Virus record (IMG/VR): IMGVR_UViG_3300018063_000014
Location: 1-57,698 of that record
Source: a virus
Lineage: Duplodnaviria; Caudoviricetes
DNA: 57,698 bases
Reading direction: 5' to 3' (one strand)
Positions 18,785 through 28,401 of this stretch are shown in pieces. A model generated the notes under the pieces. It ran no database searches and had not been told where the DNA came from. It worked only from the letters and a program-made list of their open reading frames with translations. Positions within the stretch are counted from its first letter, which is position 1. The number at the start of each line of letters is the position of its first letter. Position numbers and translations under genes: made by a program.

Positions 18785-19687
18785 TTACACGGACTCGTCG
18801 ATGTCTACCTGGATTACGCAAGTATCGTCGATCCGCACCGATCCGCCGCTCAACTTGACCATCGCGAAGGTGTTGTTCCAGTGGCTCGGGTCTTTCCCGA
18901 GTTCCACCTGCTTGACCAAGCCCAACGCCATACCCACTCCCATTTTCTGAATGCGCAGACAGGAGCGGATGTTGCCGGTCTTGAAAAGCTTCACAGACTC
19001 GCGCCATTTCGCGCCGTACCAAGTGGCGTCCTGCGGGAAGCCGCCCGATTGAAGCGCGTTAATGCTCGAATAGTCCGAGCTGGTCGCCGTGGGATCGCTC
19101 AGTAGTTGCTCCATCCCCTTCGGGCTGTGGAAAAAATACTGGTCTTCGATGAGCACCGAGTTGTCGCCCATGATCCGCTTGCTCTGGCGAATCTTCGCCA
19201 TCGTGAGCCCAGACCCACCGTTAGCGACCTGAGAGCCGGCATCGATGGTCGTCTGACTGGACGTATTCGCACCCTCGTCAACGGTCTCAGCAGTTCCGAG
19301 CGCCCCGCCGATATTGGTCGTGCCTTGCGCCAATACGAGGTCGTCTTTCTTTCGCTCCAAGCCGTAGCCGAGAATTTGCGAAAGCTCTGAGGTGGGATCG
19401 GTTAGGGTTTTCAGTTCGTCGAATTCGTCGATAAGAACGGCGAGACCGAAGTCGTAGAGCTGCGCCCGCCTTTTGCTCTGCGGAGGATTCGCATAGACCG
19501 TGACGGCATCGGAGGTCGTGATAGCCATCATGTCCTGCGAGCCGATACGGTTGAAGGGTTCCGTTTTCCCCTTGCAGTTAGTTTTTAGACGGACGGCTCC
19601 GTCTACCATCGCCCTGCGCTGTTGCGAGAGCTGATGGACTGTTTCACTGACCCCATGAATAAACCAAGATTCTGTTTCTAGTGCCAT
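18785..19687 (-). CDS. Major capsid protein (BPP-1-like podovirus type)
   Basis: QLSQQRRAMV...FNRIG...SKRR...LIDEFDELKTLTDPTS...GSVRIDDTCVIQVDIDE. Confidence 0.9.
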   Translation of the reverse strand: MALETESWFIHGVSETVHQLSQQRRAMVDGAVRLKTNCKGKTEPFNRIGSQDMMAITTSDAVTVYANPPQSKRRAQLYDFGLAVLIDEFDELKTLTDPTSELSQILGYGLERKKDDLVLAQGTTNIGGALGTAETVDEGANTSSQTTIDAGSQVANGGSGLTMAKIRQSKRIMGDNSVLIEDQYFFHSPKGMEQLLSDPTATSSDYSSINALQSGGFPQDATWYGAKWRESVKLFKTGNIRSCLRIQKMGVGMALGLVKQVELGKDPSHWNNTFAMVKLSGGSVRIDDTCVIQVDIDESV

Positions 19688-19704
19688 AACTTACACCTTA
19701 TATC

Positions 19705-20229
19705 TCATGTTTTACTTGGAAGGTGAAGCTGAAGCTGGCAATGCCTTTTTAGGTAGTTTAGTAATTCCAAAACGATTCCCGGACTCTCGTCCAATAACCC
19801 AATTGCCGTGTTGCATTTCGTACAAAGCAATCCGCGAACTTTCTTCGTACCGTGGCGATGATCCACTGACAGCCGGGTTTCCTTCCGCGCCGTCTCGCCG
19901 CGTTTACAAATCGCGCAAACATAATTTTGGGCAACGAGGAGCTTCTCGTACTGCGCGACGGTGATGCCGTATTTGCGCTTCAGCATCGAATTGCGATTGC
20001 ATTCTTTGTATTTTTCCGGGTTCGCTTCGCGCCAGCGTTTGCTTTTTTCCGCTTCGCTTCCCGAGTGCAACTTCTGCCATTCCTTTTCTCTTCTCTTGAT
20101 GCAGACACCACAGCCCTTCGGACGGCCCTGTTTATAGAGCCGCGTTTGAGCTAGGTCGTGCCCACTCTTGCAGAGTGCTAGAAGTTGCCCGATTTTTAGA
20201 ATTGTCCCTTCGGTCTTTTTTCCCCTCAT
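19705..20229 (-). mobile_element. Endonuclease VII-family homing endonuclease
   Basis: KYGITVAQYEKLLVAQNYVCAIC...LSVDHRHGTKKVRGLLCTKCNTAIGLL. Confidence 0.9.
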
Positions 20230-20230
20230 T

Positions 20231-20440
20231 AGCAGGAAGGGGATCTGTCTCGGTAAGTGCCCCGCTTGCGCGGACTCACCTGACCTTACGAGGTCAGCGG
20301 TAAGCCATTTGGCTTACACGTCACCGGACAACCGAAAGGTTGTGGCCCGGAATGGAGCAGAACGCTCCGGTGATTAGATGATCGGCGCCGGATCGCCGGC
20401 GAGCCCGCCACTTGACCCGTGAGCACCGATCATCTAATCA
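20231..20440 (-). ncRNA. Structured multi-hairpin leader upstream of the endonuclease/capsid genes
   Basis: Six adjacent stems, including a perfect 15-bp inverted repeat (20371-20385/20426-20440) and a GCAA-capped bulged stem. Confidence 0.55.
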
Positions 20441-20450
20441 ACGCAGTGTT

Positions 20451-20633
20451 CTAATACTGCGGCTTCTTTGGTTTTGATTTCTTCTTCTTGGCCATAGTAA
20501 GCAACTTCTTCTCCTCGACGCGCAAAAATGGCAGATACGGAAACGGAATGCTCTCCGACTCCATAATCGCCGCAGCGCGCCGTATCTTTTCAAGCGTCAA
20601 CCCTTCGCTTATGGCTGATCCTTTCTTCGCCAT
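20451..20633 (-). CDS. Small basic protein
   Basis: 60 aa with Lys-rich C-terminus; a shorter MAKKKKSKPKKPQY reading is also possible. Confidence 0.45.
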   Translation of the reverse strand: MAKKGSAISEGLTLEKIRRAAAIMESESIPFPYLPFLRVEEKKLLTMAKKKKSKPKKPQY

Positions 20634-20663
20634 ATTACACTTTTCTTTTTACGTTTACCATAC

Positions 20664-20870
20664 CTATCCAGTTTTGCGCGCCCGAAGCTGCGCGTTGTCC
20701 TGTTCGAGCTTGGCAATCTGCTCCTGGGTTTGGTCCGGTGCTTCGTAGAGCATAATGACAAACATCGGATTCCAGTCGAAGAACTCGACATCCTTCAACT
20801 TGATTCCCAGCTCGTTAAGTCGCCGCGATATCCCCTGGCCATCTTTGGTGATTTTTTCCTCTTTGATCAT
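20664..20870 (-). CDS. Hypothetical protein
   Basis: 68 aa, ATGA-type coupling to the scaffold gene, GGAGG RBS. Confidence 0.6.
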   Translation of the reverse strand: MIKEEKITKDGQGISRRLNELGIKLKDVEFFDWNPMFVIMLYEAPDQTQEQIAKLEQDNAQLRARKTG

Positions 20871-21796
20871 TTAGCCTCCCCGGTTCCATACTTTGCTTTT
20901 AGAAGCGTCTCGCGCTTTGCCATCAACGCGACACGCTTCGGGTCTTGTGGGTCACCCTTCATATACAGCGCATTGTCGGGGTGTTTCGGATCGCTGAGAT
21001 TCTTCATAAAGTCGTTAAACTCAGTGTCAACCGCTGACCCCATTCCACTGATCACGCTGATATCCTCCCCCGTGTCCAGTCCGGCGCGCGCAGCGTACTT
21101 GAGCGCCACCGGGCTATTGGCAAACCCCGATGCTTCCATGGCTTGGACTTCTTCTTCGGTAAAATTCTTTGTCAGCCAGGCGGCGCCATAGGCTTCTACT
21201 TCTTTAGGTTCCTTGCCTATAGACGCGGCAAAATCCGCCACAGCCTTTAGCCCCTGCTCAGCGGTGTACTTCAGCGCTGGCTCAACGACCTCGGTATAAC
21301 GCTGCGCCTCAAGGGCGATCAATTCATTGACTGCCTCATTGGTGATTCCGTTCTTGTGCGCCCATTCCTTGAGAGCCTTAACCGTGGGCTCCGATCGCAT
21401 CGGCTCGGGTATGGCATCAAGCTTGACTTCGTATTGATCCGCCGACCCTGGAAGCACCGGCGGCTTCGCGATGATACCGGCATCGATCATCTTCTGCTTG
21501 AACGCCGCAACCTCTTCCGGCTTATCCTTGTTGGGTAGGGTGAGGGCAGTGCCTAATTTCTTTTCTAGGCCAACCATGTGGCTGAGCACCGTAGGCAGGT
21601 CTTTATGATTGCCCGCCTTGACCCCCTTCTCAAACGATTCCCAGGTCGCCGGGTCGCTCGTCTTCAGCGTTTCGGCAGGCGCGTACCATGCCGGGGTAAT
21701 AACGGCCGGCTGGGTTTCGACCGTGCCGCCACCGACCGCCGCTGGGGCGACTTCCGTACCCGCTTCCGCTGTGAGCAAAAGTCTTTTAGGTATCAT
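20867..21796 (-). CDS. Capsid scaffolding/assembly protein
   Basis: Low-complexity N-terminus, LEKKLG..LTLP, PGSADQYEVK, KEWAHKNGIT; between portal and capsid. Confidence 0.8.
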   Translation of the reverse strand: MIPKRLLLTAEAGTEVAPAAVGGGTVETQPAVITPAWYAPAETLKTSDPATWESFEKGVKAGNHKDLPTVLSHMVGLEKKLGTALTLPNKDKPEEVAAFKQKMIDAGIIAKPPVLPGSADQYEVKLDAIPEPMRSEPTVKALKEWAHKNGITNEAVNELIALEAQRYTEVVEPALKYTAEQGLKAVADFAASIGKEPKEVEAYGAAWLTKNFTEEEVQAMEASGFANSPVALKYAARAGLDTGEDISVISGMGSAVDTEFNDFMKNLSDPKHPDNALYMKGDPQDPKRVALMAKRETLLKAKYGTGEAK

Positions 21797-22059
21797 CCAT
21801 CAAACTCCTTATGATCAAACTCCGGCTTCCAATGCACGTTGACAAGTAGATGCCGCTTATGAATTTCTTCGACGCTCAAATACTCACTACCAAGAAGAAT
21901 CTGTTCGATCTCACTGATCCAACGATAATCTTTTTCCAGCGCATCGCCGAGAACCAAGCCATGTTGCATCCCTCGCAGATAGCGATCATGAACGCGGGCA
22001 AGGCCAGCCATGGTGATACGAAGATCAATGGTGCGCTTCGCTCGGTTCGGGTTAGGCAT
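21793..22059 (-). CDS. Hypothetical protein
   Basis: 88 aa, AAGGA RBS, ATGA overlap with the scaffold gene. Confidence 0.6.
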   Translation of the reverse strand: MPNPNRAKRTIDLRITMAGLARVHDRYLRGMQHGLVLGDALEKDYRWISEIEQILLGSEYLSVEEIHKRHLLVNVHWKPEFDHKEFDG

Positions 22060-22221
22060 AGAATCCTTTCCGCTTTATCACTTCTGCCTGGACAGCACTG
22101 TACTGAGCAGAAGTCAACTCCCCGCTCCGCATCCAGCGAACCAACGTTCTAGTCCATACGTCTTTGACGTGGAACTCGCTGTCGCAAAATTCGAGAAAAC
22201 TAAATGATTGGTCATCTATGC

Positions 22222-22407
22222 TCATTGTGTCATCCCCATCTGTGGCAAGGAAATAATATTTGTGGTCTGTTTTGCTTTGTACTCACGAATCGCGTCTTGG
22301 GCGCAGCCGAGAAGCCCGTAGCACAACAGCTTGTTGTCGATTGGGCCGCTAACTTGGACCGTGCCGTCAACCATGAGCGTGATGAGTAGTTGGGCTTGGG
22401 GTTCCAT
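22222..22407 (-). CDS. Hypothetical protein
   Basis: 61 aa, same-strand operon position. Confidence 0.6.
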   Translation of the reverse strand: MEPQAQLLITLMVDGTVQVSGPIDNKLLCYGLLGCAQDAIREYKAKQTTNIISLPQMGMTQ

Positions 22408-22561
22408 GCTGGAGCCTAAAATCCTTTGTGCTTAAAAAATCTCAACGTCAGCACGTCATGGATAGGCATCGGGATCTTCGGGTCTCGCAATAGTTCGAGG
22501 ATTTCATCACGGGACAGATCGTCAATCTTGCGTGAACCCTCAAGAAATTCGTTCCAAGTCA

Positions 22562-22777
22562 TTATTGCCTCACGTCTACCGACTCGAACTGTTGTCTTTT
22601 GATTTCCGTCAATACGCGCGCGTTGTTTGGGTAGTATACTGCTCCACCATCGACATAATCGCATCTGTCGCCGCAGCCTGCACATTTAAAATGCGTGCCG
22701 TCACGCGAAATCATAAGAGATTCGCAACTACAGACATACCACGCCACGGCATCGTCGGGGATTAACACAAGAATCAT
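22562..22777 (-). CDS. Small Cys-containing protein
   Basis: CSCE and CAGC motifs; ATGA coupling. Confidence 0.55.
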   Translation of the reverse strand: MILVLIPDDAVAWYVCSCESLMISRDGTHFKCAGCGDRCDYVDGGAVYYPNNARVLTEIKRQQFESVDVRQ

Positions 22778-23142
22778 TGCCTCACATCCATCGGCTTCTC
22801 TTCTTCTCTCAACTCTGCCGGTATGAACGCCATCGGATGCATGCCCATATCGAAGCGCACGAGAATATCAACGACTACGAGTTGCTTGCCGTTGTTCTCA
22901 GCAAGGTCTGTAGTGGTCAACGGCGTCGAACCCGACTGCAACGGCTTGTAGTACGTCTCAATTAAGTAGTCGAGAAACGCCTTCCCCGCCTGGTCGTTAA
23001 ACGTCTCGGCGCAGTAGCGGTTGATAAGCTGATCGTGGTCCTCGTCTTCCGGCAGCGGGCGCCAGCGAAGACGCCATGCCTTGAGTTGGTTGAGAAGGCC
23101 GTCATACGACTTCACGAACCGATCGGAAACGATATTCTTCAT
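22774..23142 (-). CDS. Bbp19-like small protein normally next to the portal
   Basis: YCAETFNDQAGKAFLDYL...AENNGKQLVVVDI; start set by ATGA overlap. Confidence 0.65.
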   Translation of the reverse strand: MKNIVSDRFVKSYDGLLNQLKAWRLRWRPLPEDEDHDQLINRYCAETFNDQAGKAFLDYLIETYYKPLQSGSTPLTTTDLAENNGKQLVVVDILVRFDMGMHPMAFIPAELREEEKPMDVRQ

Positions 23143-23459
23143 GGCGTCAAATTCACGCTTCGGTCTTCGTCGAACGTGCGCTTTTTCGAAATCAACTGCT
23201 CCGCTAGATTGTCCCATTCTTTCGATTGTGGGTCGGTGAGCCTTTTTAACTCATCGACATCATCGACGTGCCAAGCGGCGTTGTAGAGTAACCCGCAGTC
23301 GTCTATGCCCGTGATCAAAACATTGTAGCCGAAGTCTATGAGGCTTCGGTTTATCTGGAGTTTGAAATCTCCGAGATAACCTTGGCATCGATGCCGCGCA
23401 TTCTCCATGACGGTAGCGATAAACCACCGCTCGTCAAACTGAGTAAATGTAGACTTCAA
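23139..23459 (-). CDS. Hypothetical protein
   Basis: 106 aa, GGGAG RBS, operon-coupled. Confidence 0.5.
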   Translation of the reverse strand: MKSTFTQFDERWFIATVMENARHRCQGYLGDFKLQINRSLIDFGYNVLITGIDDCGLLYNAAWHVDDVDELKRLTDPQSKEWDNLAEQLISKKRTFDEDRSVNLTP

Positions 23460-23465
23460 TCGCGT

Positions 23466-23675
23466 CTACTCCCTGTAGATCCGACAACCCGATTTATAGA
23501 GATGCTCGTAAACGGCCTGCCTGAAGTCAGCAGTGTGATTATCGAGAATTTTGATCACGTCGCCTACTTCGACGCTGCTCTGATATTCCGTTCCGCACTC
23601 AACCCTTACCACGCGGCCATCGAAGCTGAACCGCCGACCCGGAATACGCTCGACGCTACTCCAAGACTCTGCCAC
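23466..23675 (-). CDS. Hypothetical protein
   Basis: 69 aa directly after the portal gene. Confidence 0.5.
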   Translation of the reverse strand: MAESWSSVERIPGRRFSFDGRVVRVECGTEYQSSVEVGDVIKILDNHTADFRQAVYEHLYKSGCRIYRE

Positions 23676-23676
23676 G

Positions 23677-25404
23677 CTACGCCGCCTTCTTACTTTCCGT
23701 CAACAATTTCAATGCGGGAGCCGCCTTCCCGGCGCTTTCAGCCGCCTGCACCAACTCCTGAGTCTGCCCCTGCTGCTGCTCCGCCTCAGCGTAAGAGCCG
23801 CGTAGCGCCTTCAGTTCCCGCTCGCCGAGGGTCACGGCAGCGGGGACGCCATAATTCCGGTTCACCCGCGATGCGTATTTATCATAGTCGTAGTGATCGA
23901 GAACAAACTGCCGCGGGCGCTTTCCGGTCTTCTCCCATTCCTGTAGTTGCAACTGAACGATCGGTGTCAAGGCCGACATAGCCTGATTCATCGAGTCGAT
24001 TTCTTCCATGCGTTGCGCGCGGGCAAGCGGACTATCGAATCTCGCTTGTGGCTGGCCGCCGTATTGGAGGATAATATCGGGCGGTGGGGAGAACTGCTTC
24101 TTCCGATACATCATGTTAAACAGCCGGGCCACGTAAGGAATACCGAAGTCGGACTGCCACCGCCCATAAGTCGGCCCAAGCATTTTCTGGACTATGTTCT
24201 GCTTTTGCTGGAAGACGTAAACGCGCATTTCCTGCTGGCCTTCGAGAGCCATTAACTGCTCAAGGGCATCAGCGTAGAAAATGCGGCGGACCATTTTTCT
24301 GAGTTCCTCTTCCTTGATCTGCCCAAATTTATAATCGCCTAACGTATTGATCGGTGCGATGGCGTTTTGAACTGATTCGCCATGCGCCACGCGGACCACC
24401 GTGACACCCCACGGAGAAAACCGCTTGGCGCCAATCACGGCATCGTGCCGTTGCGCCAACGCGGGCTTCGAAGAAAGTGCGGCGGATTCAAGATCGAGTT
24501 TATAAGAAGCGTTTATAGTAATGAGCGCGTTCAGCGCGATTTCACCCAGGCCGCGCCCGTAGGGTTCCCCGTGGCATCTGGTCCACCGATCACAGACCGC
24601 TGGAAATTCTTCGTAGCCGCTCTCGAAGACGACCTTCTTTTTATCGTAGTGGACGTAGCACGAAGCCCACGGCATCGCCTTGTTGCCATACGTTTGCTCT
24701 TTGGATTGCCGGGGGTAGATGCCATGAATGAATCGAAACTCATCGACCTTGCCGTTATTATAAGCTTGTTGAACATCCTCCGGCAGATTTTCAATTCCCC
24801 ATAACTCCTTTGCGGCTTTGGCGGTTTTTTTCAGCTCAACGTAGCTTTCGTCTACTTGACCAATGCCGTTTTCAAAGACGACGAACCGGCCAGCTTTGTG
24901 ATGCGTGAATCGTGACCCTCTGAAACCAAACGGGCTCTGTCCGTGAGTGACCGGGCGCTCCTCGATCATCATAAAGCCGGTGCCAAACCCCATCCAATCC
25001 ATGTCCGCTTCGTAGGACTCAGGATAGAACGCCCCATGCTCGGCTTGCTTCAACATCTTGCCGTTGCATTCCTCGTACCATTCCCGTGCGTCATCATCTA
25101 GGTTTACGAAATCATTTGCATCTTCGAGCCCGTGCCAGTGAGTATTGGGACCATGGAGATAGCTGCTGATCTGCCGCACGGCCAAGTCGGCTGCGCTGAT
25201 ACCTTCAGAATCGTACATGCGGGAAAGCAACGCTTGCCCGGGCGCCTGCGATGATTGCACGTTGGACCGCGTGGGCTCGATATACGGCGCGAGCAAATCG
25301 ATGCGCTGGCGAAAGTTGGCCGCGTAGCGCAAGCCTTCATCGTATCGGAGACAGACCTTCTTGCCGATTTCGTCGAGCTGTTCGGTTGGACGTAGGCGAG
25401 GCAT
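23677..25404 (-). CDS. Portal (head-tail connector) protein
   Basis: MYDSEG, GFGTG, ESGYEEFP...RW...GEPYGRGLG, MLGPTYGR, SPLARAQ motifs; 575 aa. Confidence 0.95.
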   Translation of the reverse strand: MPRLRPTEQLDEIGKKVCLRYDEGLRYAANFRQRIDLLAPYIEPTRSNVQSSQAPGQALLSRMYDSEGISAADLAVRQISSYLHGPNTHWHGLEDANDFVNLDDDAREWYEECNGKMLKQAEHGAFYPESYEADMDWMGFGTGFMMIEERPVTHGQSPFGFRGSRFTHHKAGRFVVFENGIGQVDESYVELKKTAKAAKELWGIENLPEDVQQAYNNGKVDEFRFIHGIYPRQSKEQTYGNKAMPWASCYVHYDKKKVVFESGYEEFPAVCDRWTRCHGEPYGRGLGEIALNALITINASYKLDLESAALSSKPALAQRHDAVIGAKRFSPWGVTVVRVAHGESVQNAIAPINTLGDYKFGQIKEEELRKMVRRIFYADALEQLMALEGQQEMRVYVFQQKQNIVQKMLGPTYGRWQSDFGIPYVARLFNMMYRKKQFSPPPDIILQYGGQPQARFDSPLARAQRMEEIDSMNQAMSALTPIVQLQLQEWEKTGKRPRQFVLDHYDYDKYASRVNRNYGVPAAVTLGERELKALRGSYAEAEQQQGQTQELVQAAESAGKAAPALKLLTESKKAA

Positions 25405-25611
25405 CTATTTCTCTAATTCCGTATTCAAGAAGTCGCGAATAGCTTTCACGTCAGCGTTCGATATTGCCACGACGCGCCCCTCTCCGTTCTTGTGAAACAG
25501 GCCGAACGAAACATAAGGGTGCTCGACTATCGGTTGACGTTTGATAAGAATTTCCAGCCCCGCGCCTTCGTGAGTAATCCAAAGCCGTTTACACTCAGAT
25601 AGTTCGTTCAT
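25405..25611 (-). CDS. Hypothetical protein
   Basis: 68 aa abutting the portal start. Confidence 0.55.
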   Translation of the reverse strand: MNELSECKRLWITHEGAGLEILIKRQPIVEHPYVSFGLFHKNGEGRVVAISNADVKAIRDFLNTELEK

Positions 25612-25805
25612 CCCGCGCCCAAAGTGCTCTTGCCGCCGTTATACGCACCCATCTGTCGCATGCCAGAAAGATCCGTCGAGGCCAAGCCGCGCCCCTGTCG
25701 GGACTTCTGAGTCTCTGCTTGCTTCTCTGCGCCCGCCGCAGGAGCCAGTTTCGGCTTCTTTGGTTCCTTCGACGGCACAAAGAGACTTTTCATCAAACCA
25801 GCCAT
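25608..25805 (-). CDS. Small basic protein typical upstream of podovirus portals
   Basis: MAGLMKSLF...RGLASTDL...KSTLG; AAGGAGG RBS. Confidence 0.7.
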   Translation of the reverse strand: MAGLMKSLFVPSKEPKKPKLAPAAGAEKQAETQKSRQGRGLASTDLSGMRQMGAYNGGKSTLGAG

Positions 25806-25818
25806 AACTGCCTCCTTC

Positions 25819-28353
25819 TCATAGTCGTGGGTCAAACTGTTCTTGCCCGCCACTGACTCTTGGATCATCGAGAAATCTGGCGTCGAAACGGGAGAACTGT
25901 TGATCTTGATCTTTCGGCTTCTCACGATTCGAGCCGGCGAGCATTGCGACGAAAAGATAACAAGCCGAATCTCCGAGATCGCACCACGGCATGTTGGGCT
26001 TCTTCGGCCTGTCGCTCGTGACATTCCCGTTTCTATCGGTGGCGATGTACCACCGCCCGCCTAGCGCTTCGATTAGCGGCTGTCCTTCGACCGGATCGAT
26101 TTGGAGCGCAGCTTCGAAGCCTGACCCCGGCGCGGTTTTAGTTAGCGCGTTAAACAGCGCCTCTTTTCTTTGGAACCAATCGACCGGCCCAGGCTCCCAG
26201 TATCCGCCAATCTTTTGCTGACAAACATCAAGGGGGTTCTTGTCGCTGTCGCTCTCGTCGTCCGGGAGCGCGGGATCGTAGATACCGACAACGAGATCGT
26301 TCTGTTTTAGCGCCCATGGCGCATGCTCCTGGAACCACGGTACAACGTTGTATTCGTATTGCTGCTTCATCCCGGCGTGCTCCGGTGGAGTGAGGGATGC
26401 AAGCACGTTGAGCCTCCCGCGTATAGGCTGGCCGATAGTAGTGGCGGGGCAATTACCAGTCCAAGATGGTCTACCCCTGCGTCTGGTATATATAATTCCA
26501 TTCGGAACGGTGACACAAAATACTTCGCCGCAATAATCGATCTTGTTTAGGTTTTTCCTTAGCAAGTGGATGTTGTGCTCGCCCTTTTTAAATCTCACTC
26601 TGTATCCGCCGGAGCCGTGTACAATTCGATCTTCTGCCGCATAATACCTGTCGTCGGGCGGTTCCCAGTTAATAGAACTCCACCAGCCGACTTTAAGGGC
26701 AAGCTCTTGAAGATCGTCGGCCATCTTTTTTGATTTGGTAAAAACAATATGCTCTTCTCCGTGATCCTCGCGGTTGCGGATATACCCGTCGCCGAGTGAA
26801 TAGGCATCGATGAATTCGAGGATGTTTTCACGAGATGCAGATTTGATTTCTTGTGGAACAAATTTACCATCCGACAAACCGAACTGTTCTAAATATCCCG
26901 CCAGTTCCTGGTTGGAAGCGCGGAGTCTATCCTTCCCCGGATGCCATTCGAGCCCGGTCGCGATCATATCGGACCACAATTGGTTCATGTACTTTTCGTT
27001 GCGTTGAGCAATTTGAATTCTGCCGCGACCTTCCGTTGACCCCTCACTGAGATACCATCCCATAAATCGGCAAAAGGTTTTCGTGCTCCACTGGAGAGGG
27101 CCGCCACACTCATCATCGCCATTCCACCTTCCATCAACAAAGACGCACTGGTGATCTGTCGGGGCGCACGCAACCTCTTCGGCTGTCGCCCACCGAAGCC
27201 TCCGCGCCCTATCGTGATCGTCGAACCAGGGAACGCGATGATCGGGAGTCACGCACATATTCACGCCCTGTCGCCCGGACCACTCGTAGAGTGGCCCATC
27301 GTAATCAAAGCGGACATAACGACTCGCCCCTTGGTATTTGATCTCTTTCGTTTCAGGATTCAGTGTGGCAAATTTGATGCTTCCTATGGGTGGAAGGTCT
27401 TTAAAAAGAAACCACCCCTTGTCGGTTAATACGTCGGTCTGATCATCGCAACAGTGCCCACCATCTTGTCCGACGTAGATCGGAACACCCTTCACCACCT
27501 TCAGCCTTTGCGGTGCGGTGTGCTTCTCTTCGTTAAAGCCCATCGGCACCCCCTCGTGGTAGACAACCGCGACGGCCCTACCTAGCGCAACGGCACCGGG
27601 CCTGCCGTCAACGAGCCGAGCCAGAAGGTCGGGCCGGTCTCTAAGGGCGTGGCGCGTTTCGTCCCGTTGGGCTTGGCTGACATATGGGTTATCGCCAATG
27701 GGAACGCGGAACCACATTCTGGTCGCATCATCGGGATTGACTCCGAATGGTTTTGTCAAGCCCGGATTCATCCGTTTCCATGTCCAGTGAGACTTGTCGG
27801 GATAGTTAGTAGTAAATACAGCCACGCGGGCATGTGTCGGGATGCGCTGAGAGCCAAGGGAAATATTCCATGTGGTTTCATCGACACCGGGGCCTTCAGT
27901 GGCAGGCGCCGGTTCTTCGCACCAAACGCCTACGCATTCAGTTCTGACTTTATCATGGGCGCCCTTGTCTTCGATTCCGAATAATTCGAGCCGGACGCGG
28001 GCAATGCCGTCAATCGTTAGAACGGCGAGATGGGAATCATCAAAGGTTTGCCAAGCTCCCTGCCAATGGTCCGCTTCTAAACTCTTTACGGTCTTGTTTT
28101 TATGGGATGTGTGAAAATCCGTAAACCCGATCCATGGCACCGGAAGCTTGTGCTTTACCTTCTGCCCGTGATCCGTCATGGAATACCCGGCCTTCTCGTG
28201 CTGAACACTGTGCGCCCACATTCCGGCCAATGCTCCCGTGGTTTTTGCCTCTCCACGGGCGCTGAAGGCACCAAGCTCTCGGGCGCCCCCGACGCTAATT
28301 TGGTAGACGAATTCCGAAATGATGCGACCGAGTTCGAAGCGGTGTTCAGGCAT
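25819..28353 (-). CDS. terL: Terminase large subunit, intein-containing
   Basis: Walker A-like SARGEAKTT, Walker B VWCEEP, TTN motif, DNPY, nuclease YVGQD...CDLGDSACY; upstream of portal. Confidence 0.9.
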   Translation of the reverse strand: MPEHRFELGRIISEFVYQISVGGARELGAFSARGEAKTTGALAGMWAHSVQHEKAGYSMTDHGQKVKHKLPVPWIGFTDFHTSHKNKTVKSLEADHWQGAWQTFDDSHLAVLTIDGIARVRLELFGIEDKGAHDKVRTECVGVWCEEPAPATEGPGVDETTWNISLGSQRIPTHARVAVFTTNYPDKSHWTWKRMNPGLTKPFGVNPDDATRMWFRVPIGDNPYVSQAQRDETRHALRDRPDLLARLVDGRPGAVALGRAVAVVYHEGVPMGFNEEKHTAPQRLKVVKGVPIYVGQDGGHCCDDQTDVLTDKGWFLFKDLPPIGSIKFATLNPETKEIKYQGASRYVRFDYDGPLYEWSGRQGVNMCVTPDHRVPWFDDHDRARRLRWATAEEVACAPTDHQCVFVDGRWNGDDECGGPLQWSTKTFCRFMGWYLSEGSTEGRGRIQIAQRNEKYMNQLWSDMIATGLEWHPGKDRLRASNQELAGYLEQFGLSDGKFVPQEIKSASRENILEFIDAYSLGDGYIRNREDHGEEHIVFTKSKKMADDLQELALKVGWWSSINWEPPDDRYYAAEDRIVHGSGGYRVRFKKGEHNIHLLRKNLNKIDYCGEVFCVTVPNGIIYTRRRGRPSWTGNCPATTIGQPIRGRLNVLASLTPPEHAGMKQQYEYNVVPWFQEHAPWALKQNDLVVGIYDPALPDDESDSDKNPLDVCQQKIGGYWEPGPVDWFQRKEALFNALTKTAPGSGFEAALQIDPVEGQPLIEALGGRWYIATDRNGNVTSDRPKKPNMPWCDLGDSACYLFVAMLAGSNREKPKDQDQQFSRFDARFLDDPRVSGGQEQFDPRL
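26452..27453 (-). mobile_element. Intein (334 aa) with LAGLIDADG homing endonuclease in TerL
   Basis: N-terminus CCDDQTDVLTDKGW, block B VTPDHR, FMGWYLSEG and FIDAYSLGDG motifs, C-terminus VFCVTVPNGIIYTRRRGRPSWTGN followed by Cys+1. Confidence 0.93.
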
Positions 28354-28401
28354 TTTGTTCGTTAATATAACACAGATGAACGTAAAACATGAAACGTAAA
28401 A

